From a virus (Duplodnaviria > Caudoviricetes), in the IMG/VR virus record IMGVR_UViG_3300011335_000109, positions 1 to 52,924 of that record: a stretch of DNA of 52,924 nucleotides. One strand, given 5' to 3'. This document shows positions 26,294-36,853 of the stretch, in pieces. Below the pieces are notes generated by a model. That model was not told where the DNA came from, ran no database searches, and saw nothing but the letters and a program-made list of their open reading frames with translations. Positions within the stretch are counted from its first letter, which is position 1; the number at the start of each line of letters is the position of its first letter. The translations under genes and the position numbers were made by a program.

Positions 26294-29200
26294 ATGGAAC
26301 AAAACTTTACCGAAACTCAAAAAGAAATTGTTGCGCGTAAATTGGGATATGAAGGCCCAATGAATATGTTTGACAAGTTCATTGAGTCAAACCCTGCTGC
26401 TCAGCAACAGTATGGAAAAGTTGTCACTGCTTTAGGCCCAAAAATGCGTAAAGGCGGGATGGTAAAGAAGTTTGTTGCTGGTGGTGCTGTTGATGCTTCA
26501 CCAAGTGGGGGTGGTGTAGACCCCACTAAATCATATGTCTATGGCCCAGACGGTACACGTTATTCAAGCATTGCTGAAGCTAAAGCTGCTGGTGTTAATA
26601 CTCCTTCAACTACGGCTCCCGTAACAGGAGGAACGACAGGAGGAACGACAGGAGGAACGACAGGAGGAACGACAGGAGGAACGACAACAGGTGGTAGTTT
26701 TGATGCTTTGACTGGTGCCCCTAAAATGGGAACTACACCAACGATTAGTGCGGCTCAAACTAGCACAACAGGTTTGGAAGCAGATGTTGTTAAAGCTGGT
26801 GCAACAACTACAGAAGCTAAAGCAGGAACAACAGCAGTGGCAGGTACTGCTGCCGCCCCTACTGCTATTGGTGCTGGTACTGTTACAGCAGATACATCAC
26901 AATCTACTTTAGAAACAGCTCAAAAATTACAAGCAGCAGCTTCTGGTACAGTTTCTGACAAAGCAAAAGTAACAGCAGAACAAGGGACAGTTTCCGATAA
27001 AGCCCTTGCCACTGCTGTTACAGGAACAGCAGCAAAAATAACAGAACCAACTGACAGAACTCTATCTGAAGCTGAAAAAGCAACAGCAGCTACACGGGCT
27101 GATATCACTGTTCCTAAAGCAGAAGCCCAAACTACTGACAAGAAGTTTGAAGCTCAAGCTGCTCAATTTACTGGAACCACTCCAGAAGCACAAGCAGTCA
27201 CTGATTACACTTTGGGAAAAACTGAAACTGCTAAATTAGCCCCCACTACAGTGGAAGCTGCTGCTAAAGCAAAAGAAATTCCACAAGCACAAGCAGCGCA
27301 AACTACAGCAAAATCCACTGCTGAAGCACAAACAAGAGATATTACAGCTAATGAGCTTATTGATATAGAAGCTCAAAAACTACAAATTAAAGACGCTGTA
27401 CAAGCTACAGCAGTGACAATGGCTGCGCTTGACACAGCCGCTGTAGCAGTGGCTCAGCAAGGAAGCTTTAGTCAGGTATTGGCAACTGCTCAGCAAGGCA
27501 CTGTAGACGCTGCCAGCACCGTCCAAGGGCAGCTTGCAAACCTCATGGCTCAGTTTAATAATGGTACTCCTGCATGGGCTGCTGGAGCCATTAGAGCAGC
27601 TAACGTTGCTATGGCTGCTAGAGGGTTAGGTAATAGCTCTATGGCTGGTGCTGCCATTGTTCAAGCAGCAATGGAAAGTGCTACACCAATTGCGGCTAAA
27701 GATGCTGAAACCTTTGCTACAATGAATTTGACAAATTTAAACAACAGACAGCAAACAGCTTTGGCTAATGCTGCTGCTGGTCAAAATCTTGAGCTTGCCA
27801 ATCTTAGTGCTAGACAACAAGCTGCTTTGCAGAACAGTGCTAATTCTTTTGCTTTGCAGAGTGCAAATCTTTCTAATCAACAAGCTGTTGTTCTTGCTAA
27901 TGCTCAGATTAAAGCAAGTGTTCAAGGAAAGAATTTGGATGTTGCTACGCAAACAGCAATTACCAATGCTGCTAAATATGCAGAAACAAACAACATCAAT
28001 CTAAACAATAAGCAACAAGCTGCTTTGCAAAAATCTTCTGAGAACATGCAGATTGATTTGGCAAATCTCAATACTACTCAACAAACAGCTATTGCTAATT
28101 TGCAAGTTAGAGCATCAATTATTGGTCAAGAACTTACCAATGATCAGCAAATGGCTATGCTCAAAAGCACACAAACTTTTGAAGCTGCTAAGTTTGATGC
28201 CACTAGTAAACAACAAGCTTTCATTCAAGACGCACAAGCTAATGCTGCTCTTCAAGGAAAAGTGTTGGATAACAAACAACAGGCAGCGTTGTTTAATGTC
28301 TCTGCTAAACTTGAAGAAAGAAAACTCAATCTCACTAACGAACAGCAAACTAGATTGTTTAATACAACTAATGCTCTTACTATTGAGACAACAAATCTTT
28401 CTAACAAACAACAGACAGCATTGGCTAATGCTCAGATTGATGCTGCTATAGCAGGTCAAGAGCTTAGTAATAAACAACAAGTTAATATTACTAACGCTGC
28501 TAAGGTTTCTGAAATTGCTAACTTAAACTTTACAGCAGATCAACAAAACGCTCTTGCTAATGCTAAGTTTATTCAAGATATTAATTTGGCTGAAATGTCT
28601 AATAAGCAAGCAACTGTGTTGGCTAATGCTGCTACATATGCTGCAATGGATATGAAAAATCTTGATGCTAAGCAACAAGCTGCTGTTGTCAATGCTCAAT
28701 CATTCCTCGCAATGGATATGAAAAACTTAGACAATAAGCAGCAGATGGAAGTGATTAAGTCACAAGAAATTGCACAAGCTATTCTTAGCGACACTGCTGC
28801 CAAAAATGCAGCAGCAATTACTAATGCTACCAATAAACTTGAAGCAGACAAAATTAATGCCCAACTTATAGCAGCTACAAATCAATTTAATGCTGGTGAA
28901 CAGACTAAAGTAAATATTGCTAATCAAACAGTGGCTGCTGATGTTTCTAAATTTAATGCTCAACAAGCTAACGCAAGAGATGAGTTTAATGCTAATTTGG
29001 GAACACAAATAGAAATTGCTAATGCTAAAATAGTAGCTGAAGTTTCTACAGCGAACACAGCGGCTACTAATGCAGCTAATGCTGTTAATGCTAAAAACTC
29101 TACAGATTTGACTTCTGCTGAATATGCACAGACAAGTCAAACATATAGAGACTTGTTAACAATGTCTTATAAGGCTGGTGAAAATGAATTGGATAGAGCC

Positions 29201-29356
29201 ACTGATATTGTAAAAACTACAATTGCTGCAAACGCAACTACTAGCGCAGCTTCTAATAGCGCAACAGGAACTGCTTTGGCTGCTGTAGGAGCAGCATTAT
29301 TTAAAACAGATGCCGTGTCTAATCTTATTGATGGTATTCTTAAAAAATTCCCTTAA
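26294..29356 (+). CDS. Large internal virion (ejection) protein, Ala/Gln/Asn-rich coiled coil
   Basis: 1020 aa; repeated NLsNkQQxxlxN units; N-terminal MRKGGMV and FVAGGAV. Confidence 0.8.
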   Translation: MEQNFTETQKEIVARKLGYEGPMNMFDKFIESNPAAQQQYGKVVTALGPKMRKGGMVKKFVAGGAVDASPSGGGVDPTKSYVYGPDGTRYSSIAEAKAAGVNTPSTTAPVTGGTTGGTTGGTTGGTTGGTTTGGSFDALTGAPKMGTTPTISAAQTSTTGLEADVVKAGATTTEAKAGTTAVAGTAAAPTAIGAGTVTADTSQSTLETAQKLQAAASGTVSDKAKVTAEQGTVSDKALATAVTGTAAKITEPTDRTLSEAEKATAATRADITVPKAEAQTTDKKFEAQAAQFTGTTPEAQAVTDYTLGKTETAKLAPTTVEAAAKAKEIPQAQAAQTTAKSTAEAQTRDITANELIDIEAQKLQIKDAVQATAVTMAALDTAAVAVAQQGSFSQVLATAQQGTVDAASTVQGQLANLMAQFNNGTPAWAAGAIRAANVAMAARGLGNSSMAGAAIVQAAMESATPIAAKDAETFATMNLTNLNNRQQTALANAAAGQNLELANLSARQQAALQNSANSFALQSANLSNQQAVVLANAQIKASVQGKNLDVATQTAITNAAKYAETNNINLNNKQQAALQKSSENMQIDLANLNTTQQTAIANLQVRASIIGQELTNDQQMAMLKSTQTFEAAKFDATSKQQAFIQDAQANAALQGKVLDNKQQAALFNVSAKLEERKLNLTNEQQTRLFNTTNALTIETTNLSNKQQTALANAQIDAAIAGQELSNKQQVNITNAAKVSEIANLNFTADQQNALANAKFIQDINLAEMSNKQATVLANAATYAAMDMKNLDAKQQAAVVNAQSFLAMDMKNLDNKQQMEVIKSQEIAQAILSDTAAKNAAAITNATNKLEADKINAQLIAATNQFNAGEQTKVNIANQTVAADVSKFNAQQANARDEFNANLGTQIEIANAKIVAEVSTANTAATNAANAVNAKNSTDLTSAEYAQTSQTYRDLLTMSYKAGENELDRATDIVKTTIAANATTSAASNSATGTALAAVGAALFKTDAVSNLIDGILKKFP
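26624..26683 (+). repeat. Perfect 12-bp tandem repeat x5 (ACAGGAGGAACG) encoding TGGT
   Basis: Units at 26624, 26636, 26648, 26660, 26672. Confidence 0.95.
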
Positions 29357-29361
29357 ACATT

Positions 29362-29559
29362 ATGCAAATTATAGAAAATTACATTAAAAAAATTGATGCT
29401 TATCTTGCATCTAAAGAACAAAAACCTGTTCCTTCTAAAAGTCTTATTTCTCCTTTAAAAAAAGAAGAGAAAAAAACTGAAGATAAAGATTTTCTTCTTA
29501 TTGCCAATGTTGTTAAAGGCATAAGAGAAGCTAGGGAGAAAATGTTAAATGGCAGATAA
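29362..29559 (+). CDS. Small hypothetical virion-region protein
   Basis: 65-aa ORF overlapping the start of the next gene. Confidence 0.65.
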   Translation: MQIIENYIKKIDAYLASKEQKPVPSKSLISPLKKEEKKTEDKDFLLIANVVKGIREAREKMLNGR

Positions 29560-30052
29560 TATTCCAGTAGAGTCTATGAGACAAAATATACCGGGAGTGT
29601 CTTGGACACTGCCGCCTAAGTCTTTGCCGTGGCAACGTCCTCCAAAGCATGCTGCTGTTTCTGATGTTTTACAATCCTATATTGAAAAGTTGGCTGATCC
29701 AGACGTACTTAAAAATATGGTTATAATGTTAAAAGAAACCAAAATGCCGTTGTCTATGGCAGCAGAATCTATTATGCTTTTGGGAGTACATAAAGGCACA
29801 CATACAATTGATGCTGGTGTTCTTGTTATGCCGGTATTAATGGAACTTATTAAAACAGCAGCAATGTTAGAAGGTGTTGATGTTCCTACTTATCCTAGCG
29901 ATATGGTTAAACAAGAAAAATCAGTAGATCCACAGATTATTGATAATGCTTTGAAGCATGCGTTTACTTCTATGCAAACTGTTGCTGATGAAGAGAATAC
30001 TTCTTCAACACCGTCTAGTGGTCTAATGAGTAAAAAGAAAGGGGTGATGTAA
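29549..30052 (+). CDS. Probable internal virion protein
   Basis: IPGVSWT...PWQRPP, G.HTID motif; ends SGLMSKKK. Confidence 0.7.
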   Translation: MADNIPVESMRQNIPGVSWTLPPKSLPWQRPPKHAAVSDVLQSYIEKLADPDVLKNMVIMLKETKMPLSMAAESIMLLGVHKGTHTIDAGVLVMPVLMELIKTAAMLEGVDVPTYPSDMVKQEKSVDPQIIDNALKHAFTSMQTVADEENTSSTPSSGLMSKKKGVM

Positions 30053-31716
30053 TGGGATTTCAAATTGCATCGTTAATTGGTGGAATGGCTACGGGGTATG
30101 TTTCAAGAGTAGAAGAAGAAGAAAAGCAAGGAAAGAAGTTTGGAGAATACGCTTTTGGTGCTCTCTATGACAATTATAAAACTTCAAAAAAAGACTACGA
30201 CGAAAGACAAAACCTATACATTGATACAGCCACTAAACTCAGAGAGTTTTCTAATAACTATGGGTATAGTGTCACTGAAGGTGAATTAAAAGAAGCTATT
30301 TCTAGTCCTGCTTTTGTTTCTGAATTTAGCAGAGCTATGCAGAAACCTGACTTTGATCCAAGCAAAGTAGAATGGCAAAAGCTTTTTAGCAAAGTTGACA
30401 AAGAAAAAACAAAAGATTTTACTGGCTCAGTAGAAGACTTTATTAAAGGTGAGTTTAAAATGCCAACAGCAACTTCTGTTGCTGAAGGAGCATTGCCAGA
30501 ACAAAAACCAACTAGCGGTCTTTTTGCTGGTGCAAGAGAAAAAGGTTATAAAACAACATTTGAAGGTGCTGCTAAAGCGTCTGGTGTCCCTATGGAATCT
30601 CTTATGGGCGCTTCTGGTGGTATTACTCCTAAAACCACTATTTCTGGTTCTAAATCAAAGTTTGATTTCGATGCGTTTAGACCGCAAGATTTGGATGATG
30701 TTGGAAAAACTTTATCCAAAGAATTGTATAATTTAACGGCTAACGTAGATCCTGAAAACCCTCCTCTTAATCAAAAACAACTTGTTGATCAGACAAAACA
30801 AAAACTTGAAAGATGGAGGGAAGCAAAGCAATCTTTGAATCCTAATGCTGATTCATACACCGCAATGAAAAGCGATGCTATTGCTGGTCTTGCTTATGCA
30901 AAGGAAAATGGAGATCCTGTTAAAATTACAACAGCAACAGATAAACTTAACAATATTATGGAAGCAGAATATATTGCTGGTACTATGTACGGGGCTACAG
31001 AAAGCCATGAAAAAGCAATGTCACGTTTAGAGGCTACTGCTGTAAAAATAAGTAAGATGCCAAAAGGAAAAGAAAGAGATGAATTAGAGCAATTAAATGA
31101 TGCGGAGATGAAAACTAGGGCAAGTTTTGTTAAGAAAATGAAAGAAGCTAGCGGTTTGTCAGAAGGTGAAAAAGATAGACAAGTTGGTTTAGCAACTCTT
31201 GCGTCTATGACAAGGCGTGTTATTTATCAAGAAACACTTCCAACAGGTGCTATTACTTCACAACCTGATGGGAGTTTTACTATTAATGCTTTGCCGGGAG
31301 TTAAAGATGAGCAATATAAAGCTGCTGCTATAATGACCCAAGAAAGGCTTATTAAGATGTTCACAAAGGATGGTATTCCTGTTGATAACGCATCCAGACA
31401 AATCTTAATGGCTAATAGTGTTAATTTTGATAGTAGTGGAAAAGCAATTGTAAATACCAATATTGGCCCAATGTCAATGCCTTCTCCATCACGTTCTATC
31501 CCCATAGAAACCCCCACAGCAGCCCCTACAGCACCTCCACAGCCAACGGCTAAGGCTACCCCACAGGCAGCACCTGCTGCGGCTCCTACAGCGGCTCCTG
31601 CAACCCCGACACCTGTTAGTGCTCCGGTAACAGTGAAATTACCTGATGGTAAAACAGCAACATTCCCTAATGCACAAGCAGCGGAGGAATTTAAAAAGAA
31701 AACAGGAATTAAATAA
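30052..31716 (+). CDS. Probable internal virion protein
   Basis: 554 aa helical; N-terminal hydrophobic-Gly segment; Pro/Ala linker before small C-terminal VKLPDG domain. Confidence 0.75.
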   Translation: MGFQIASLIGGMATGYVSRVEEEEKQGKKFGEYAFGALYDNYKTSKKDYDERQNLYIDTATKLREFSNNYGYSVTEGELKEAISSPAFVSEFSRAMQKPDFDPSKVEWQKLFSKVDKEKTKDFTGSVEDFIKGEFKMPTATSVAEGALPEQKPTSGLFAGAREKGYKTTFEGAAKASGVPMESLMGASGGITPKTTISGSKSKFDFDAFRPQDLDDVGKTLSKELYNLTANVDPENPPLNQKQLVDQTKQKLERWREAKQSLNPNADSYTAMKSDAIAGLAYAKENGDPVKITTATDKLNNIMEAEYIAGTMYGATESHEKAMSRLEATAVKISKMPKGKERDELEQLNDAEMKTRASFVKKMKEASGLSEGEKDRQVGLATLASMTRRVIYQETLPTGAITSQPDGSFTINALPGVKDEQYKAAAIMTQERLIKMFTKDGIPVDNASRQILMANSVNFDSSGKAIVNTNIGPMSMPSPSRSIPIETPTAAPTAPPQPTAKATPQAAPAAAPTAAPATPTPVSAPVTVKLPDGKTATFPNAQAAEEFKKKTGIK

Positions 31717-34700
31717 TGGATTATGAAGAGCTTGCCAAACAATATGGCGGCACTGTTTCTAGCACCACCCCTAGTATTGATGATTTAGTTAAGCAATACG
31801 GGGGTAAAATTGAACCTAGTCAAACTGACATGGCAATGTCAGAGCAGGAAAAGCTTCGCCAAAAATATGCTGGCTTTACAACAGCACCCACAATAACAGA
31901 ATCAAAACAAACAAAAGATCCATTTAAAGAACTTTACGAAAAACCTGAAAAATTTAACACCATTTACAACTATGCTGTTAGTAGGTTTGGTAAAGATGTT
32001 ATGCAAAAGGGGGAGTCTCAAGAAGACTTCGTAAAGCGGTTTGCTACGCACATGAGAATGACGGGCAGTAATGAAATTAATGCCACACAAGAAATTTCTT
32101 ATCTAAACAGTGCAAAGCCAGAAGACAAGGCAAAAGCACAGGCTGTTTATAATTTATGGAAAAAAACTGCTGATTTCACTGAGAAAGGTGGACAAGAGGG
32201 TGTAGGCCCATACTTTGATTTTTTTAAAGCAATTGTTTCTTCTCCCACTGCAGTGGCTACTGCTGGTTTAGGTTCTTTTGCTGGTAGAGCACTTACTAAA
32301 GGTGTTGCTGAGGAAGGAATAAAGAAAGCTGTTGTAAGTAATATTGGTAAAATTGCTGCTGTTCCCGCTGTTGGTGCTGCCGGTGCTGCAACACAAAACG
32401 TGTTGGGACAAAAGATTGATATTGAAGGGTCTAAAGGTGAATTAGGCCAATTGGAAAAAACCTTTGCTTCTCTTCCAGCAGAAGACCAAGCAAGATATAA
32501 AGCAGACTTTGATAAAGAAACCAAAGCATTAAGAGAAAAGATTGCATCTGGTGTTAGTGGTAAGGAAGTAGCTAAAGCAGCCGCTATTGGTGGTGCTGGT
32601 GAATTGTTATTTGCTGGTTTGCCGGGAGCAGCTAAAGCTGGTCTTGGCGCTAGTACAAAGTCTGCCTTGGGTGATGTATTGTCTACACGCTCTAAAGGAC
32701 AAATTGATGAGCTTGACAAATACTTTTCTACACTTAGTGATGCAGATAAAACAAAATACCAAGGATTGTATGACAGCATTAAAGCTGATTATACAAAGAG
32801 AGGTGCTGTTCCTCCTGCCACAGTAAAACAAACACAAGCTGGTAAAGTTGAGCCAGAGCTTGATTCTTACATCAAGAACATGATTGAATCAAAGAATCAA
32901 TTTGATATCTTTGAAGGACGCACTCTTTTAAATCAAGGTGGTAGAGCAGACCAACTAAAAGAAATGCAGCTTAGAGAATATTTAAATGTAAATATTCCTA
33001 AGTTTGCTCAGAACATTTGGAAACTTGCTCCCGATCTTAAGCCAGATGATGTAACAGATCAAGCTATGAATAGGGCTGTTAGAGAAACTCTAGACAGACT
33101 AGACACTATTGATCCTGTTATTTTAGAGAATGCTGCTCAGGGTTCTGACTTTGCAATTAAAGACTTTTTAAAAGCAATGGAAGACACTGGTCTTACATCA
33201 GAACAACTTTCAAAGATGTATGGCTCTACTGTTAGCGACATGGGTAGAGGGCTACAAGCATTGTCTGTAGCTAAGCGTCTTGAAAACACTATGCGGCAGA
33301 TTGATCCAGAAGCTGCTAAGTCTATTGACAGAATGTATGGTAGGGACAATGCGCTTACTAGCGGTTTTGGTTTTTTATGGGACGGTGCTAAACGTCTAGA
33401 TAAAGAACTAAAAGGATTGATGGTGTCACAACTATCAACCACTGTACGAAACGCATTCTCTACAGCAACCACTGTCACCTTTGGTGCAGCTAAAGAAGCA
33501 TTAGAATCTTCTCTATACCGTGTTGGTACTAGTGCTGGTGAAGCGTTGTCTGGAAAACCAATTACCGGAAGTTTTACTGGCGGTCTTAAAGGCGTATGGA
33601 ATGATGCTGTTAGGACATCTTTCTATTTGGGACAAGGTGAATTGTCATCTGAAATGACAGACATCTTATTGAAAGATGCACCAAAGCTTTTGGCAATGGT
33701 GAAACGCACTACAGGTGAAGCAGCAGAAGGGGAACTATCAAAGCCGGTTAGACTTTTGAATACGCTTAACGTAGCTCAAGATTCTTTCTTTAGACAAGCT
33801 ATATTTGTCTCTTCTGTAGAAAAACAATTGGAAAGAGCAGGGTTAGGCACTAACATCTATGATGTCATTGCCCAAGGTAAACAAGTTCCTGTTGATGTTC
33901 TTAAGAATGCTGTTGATGAATCCCTTAAAGCAACCTTTAGCAAGATGCCATCTAAAGGCCCAATGTATCATGCTGTAAAGTTTGTAGAAGAACTTGGTCC
34001 GGTAGGTTCCACTGTTATTCCTTTCCCACGTTTTATGGCAAACGCTATGGAATGGACATATAAGCATAGCCCATTAAATCTTGTTAATGGTTCTGTTGAT
34101 GTAGCTAAAGGAACAACTTTACTTGCTAAAGGAGCAGAAGGTGGTGAAGCCTACCTTGCTAAAGGACTAGAAGACGTTTCTAAAAGCACCGTAGGTATTG
34201 CTGCTATTTATGCTGCTTACAAATATAGAAAAGAAAACCAAGACACCAATTGGTATGACGTTAAGAATCCAGACGGTTCTTTAGTAGATGCTAGAGTGTT
34301 CTTTCCTGCTGGTCCATTCCTTGCCATTGGCGACTATTTGGCTAAGATGGAAAGCGGCAAGACTGACCAATTTAAATCAAAAGAATTGATTGAAGCTCTT
34401 ACTGGATTTAAGCAACCTGCTGGTACTTATGCTTTGTTGGGCGATAAGTTTGCTGAAGCTTCTAGCAATGCTCAAACAGGAGAAGGAGCAGCCGGTACTA
34501 AAGTTGCTACATTCTTTGGTGAATGGCTTGGGGAATACTTGGGCAGAGGTATGGTTCCTTTGCAACAAGTTAGTGACATTATTGGTGCTATTGATAGGGA
34601 TGAGAATGTACCCCGTGATGCTTATCAAGTTAAGCCGGGAGAAGAAGGAGCAATGACATCTGCTAAACAGCAGTTGCAAAAACGCACACCTATTCTTAAA

Positions 34701-36848
34701 CAAGAACTTCCTGTTTTTCAAACTGCAACCAGAGAGGAAGCACCTCCTAATGATGCCGGTATTTTGAAAACAGCAACTGGTGTTGCAATTAAACCATTTC
34801 CAAATGAGTTGGAAAAGGAAATTACTAGACTACATATCCCCACTACTAAAGTGTTTTCCACTACAGGAGACAAAATAGTAGACGCTGCTGCTAAGAAAGA
34901 AATGGCTCCAATTGTTGGAAAGCTATTTGATGCCATTAGCACCACTTCATATTATCAAGAAAGTAGTGATGATATGAAAAAGATTATGCTTCAGAACACT
35001 TTGAGCTTTGCATCAAAGACTGCTAAAGAAATTGCAACTAATAAAGACATGGCTCTTGCCCAACAAGAAGGGAGACAGTCTAAGATATTTGAAAATAAAT
35101 ATGCGGCATTACCTGCTGAAGTGAAAAGAGAAACAGCAAGTATGTATAAAAAATACACAGGAAAAAATTTAGAAGAGTCTAAAGACTACATGTCAGCATT
35201 AGCTATTTCAAACTCTATTAAGAAGATACCGGGGTTTGCTCCGGGCGGTCTTGTTAGAAGCCTTACGGATATGTTGTCTCCCCCTTCCAGTTCCTTTATT
35301 AAGAAAGGAGTTGGCTCTGCTGTTGAAGAGGGTGGGGAGTCTTTGTTGTCTAAAATGCAAAAGTCTTTGGAAGAAACCAAAGCTGTAGAAAAACCAACAG
35401 TAGAAACTTCTGCGCCATCTACAAAGAAAGGCTTAATGTCACCAGAGACAGAACAGCAAGTTCAAAGTTTTGTAGACAAGGCTATTGCTGAAGGTAAAAA
35501 GAAACAGGCTCTAGCAGAAAAGCCTGACACTTCAATTATGGCTGACGTAAGTAAAGAGCTAAAAAAGTCTCCTCCAGTAACACCAAGAGAACCAAGTATT
35601 AATACCAATTGGTGGGAAACCGCTGAGCCAGCAGATGTTACATCTTTAGAGATTGCAAAGAAAGAAGCTAATGATGCAGCAAAAGGAAATCCTTATAGAA
35701 CTGTAGAGAGAAAAGCCGGTTTGTCTTTTGTTCAAGAATATAGAAATGGATATTTCCCATTATTGCGAGAAGCTTTTGATCAAAGAGAAAAGAAAACAGA
35801 CACTTGGAAAGTTGATGATGTTGTCTTGGGTGTTTTGCAGGGGGAATACAGAGCAAAGTATAAAAAAGAACTTGAGCTTACTGCTGAGAATGCCGCTGAG
35901 GTTGGTAAAATGGCAGACTCTCTTCAGAATAAATTGGACAAATTAAGAGAGAAATATAAAGACAGACCACCAATGACTTTATATCATGGCTCTTATAGTC
36001 CTAGAGAATCAAGAGCAACAAGAGGATTTAATGATCCTAATGATGTATCAGTGGATTCTTCTCATTCTGAACTAGGTATTGGCGCACCTTCATTCACCAA
36101 AGACTTGAATTTAAATATGGTTCAAACAAGGTTTGGTGGACAAAAACCAGAGAATTATTTGAATGTAAAGATTCCATATGCTGACTATGAATTCTTAAGA
36201 GTTAATATGTCTGCAAAACAGTATGGCAACAGAGACTTGGAAACTGCTGTACGAACAATCTCTGGCGACCCAATCACTGTACGTCCTATGTCTCTTCCAG
36301 CAACAACTTGGAAAGAGCATGAGGATGCTATTGTACAAGCGCATAAACTAAAGGGATTGGGCGCTCCTTCTGAAGAAAGAGCAGCAGGGGCAGCAATAGA
36401 TTACAATCCTACAGAAATGAAGGATGTTGTAAATAAGTTTAAGAAGAGAGATGAAGATTTAAACAATCTTACTAGACGTTTTGGCGACTATGAAACTGTA
36501 TTGCTAAATCCTAAATCATCTAAGCAAGTTAGACTAACTGCAAACAAAGCATACGCAGATCTTAGAAAATATCTAAACACTGCAATGAACTATTCAGACC
36601 TTGTTTCTCCTTACGGAGGAATGGGTCAACAGTATGCTTATGAAACTGGTGTTCAGTTACAAAGATTTAATGATATGATTACTAAGTCTAGTAAAATGTT
36701 GTCTAGTCTTGGATCACAAGAAAGAGCTGAAAACTTAAAAGAACTTTATAATATTGTTAATATGCCAACGGATGAAAAAAGAAGAACAGATATGCTTTTA
36801 AACCTGACAAAGAAATTTAATAAAGGAGGACTGGTTTCTAAACCATAA
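31716..36848 (+). CDS. Very large internal virion protein (T7 gp16-position/polyvalent type) with putative C-terminal ADP-ribosyltransferase-like domain
   Basis: 1710 aa; last large gene of the structural arm; PFPRF motif; FAPGGLV (35235) and FNKGGLV (36816); LYHGS / SFT / EHE motifs. Confidence 0.8.
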   Translation: MDYEELAKQYGGTVSSTTPSIDDLVKQYGGKIEPSQTDMAMSEQEKLRQKYAGFTTAPTITESKQTKDPFKELYEKPEKFNTIYNYAVSRFGKDVMQKGESQEDFVKRFATHMRMTGSNEINATQEISYLNSAKPEDKAKAQAVYNLWKKTADFTEKGGQEGVGPYFDFFKAIVSSPTAVATAGLGSFAGRALTKGVAEEGIKKAVVSNIGKIAAVPAVGAAGAATQNVLGQKIDIEGSKGELGQLEKTFASLPAEDQARYKADFDKETKALREKIASGVSGKEVAKAAAIGGAGELLFAGLPGAAKAGLGASTKSALGDVLSTRSKGQIDELDKYFSTLSDADKTKYQGLYDSIKADYTKRGAVPPATVKQTQAGKVEPELDSYIKNMIESKNQFDIFEGRTLLNQGGRADQLKEMQLREYLNVNIPKFAQNIWKLAPDLKPDDVTDQAMNRAVRETLDRLDTIDPVILENAAQGSDFAIKDFLKAMEDTGLTSEQLSKMYGSTVSDMGRGLQALSVAKRLENTMRQIDPEAAKSIDRMYGRDNALTSGFGFLWDGAKRLDKELKGLMVSQLSTTVRNAFSTATTVTFGAAKEALESSLYRVGTSAGEALSGKPITGSFTGGLKGVWNDAVRTSFYLGQGELSSEMTDILLKDAPKLLAMVKRTTGEAAEGELSKPVRLLNTLNVAQDSFFRQAIFVSSVEKQLERAGLGTNIYDVIAQGKQVPVDVLKNAVDESLKATFSKMPSKGPMYHAVKFVEELGPVGSTVIPFPRFMANAMEWTYKHSPLNLVNGSVDVAKGTTLLAKGAEGGEAYLAKGLEDVSKSTVGIAAIYAAYKYRKENQDTNWYDVKNPDGSLVDARVFFPAGPFLAIGDYLAKMESGKTDQFKSKELIEALTGFKQPAGTYALLGDKFAEASSNAQTGEGAAGTKVATFFGEWLGEYLGRGMVPLQQVSDIIGAIDRDENVPRDAYQVKPGEEGAMTSAKQQLQKRTPILKQELPVFQTATREEAPPNDAGILKTATGVAIKPFPNELEKEITRLHIPTTKVFSTTGDKIVDAAAKKEMAPIVGKLFDAISTTSYYQESSDDMKKIMLQNTLSFASKTAKEIATNKDMALAQQEGRQSKIFENKYAALPAEVKRETASMYKKYTGKNLEESKDYMSALAISNSIKKIPGFAPGGLVRSLTDMLSPPSSSFIKKGVGSAVEEGGESLLSKMQKSLEETKAVEKPTVETSAPSTKKGLMSPETEQQVQSFVDKAIAEGKKKQALAEKPDTSIMADVSKELKKSPPVTPREPSINTNWWETAEPADVTSLEIAKKEANDAAKGNPYRTVERKAGLSFVQEYRNGYFPLLREAFDQREKKTDTWKVDDVVLGVLQGEYRAKYKKELELTAENAAEVGKMADSLQNKLDKLREKYKDRPPMTLYHGSYSPRESRATRGFNDPNDVSVDSSHSELGIGAPSFTKDLNLNMVQTRFGGQKPENYLNVKIPYADYEFLRVNMSAKQYGNRDLETAVRTISGDPITVRPMSLPATTWKEHEDAIVQAHKLKGLGAPSEERAAGAAIDYNPTEMKDVVNKFKKRDEDLNNLTRRFGDYETVLLNPKSSKQVRLTANKAYADLRKYLNTAMNYSDLVSPYGGMGQQYAYETGVQLQRFNDMITKSSKMLSSLGSQERAENLKELYNIVNMPTDEKRRTDMLLNLTKKFNKGGLVSKP

Positions 36849-36853
36849 AACAT

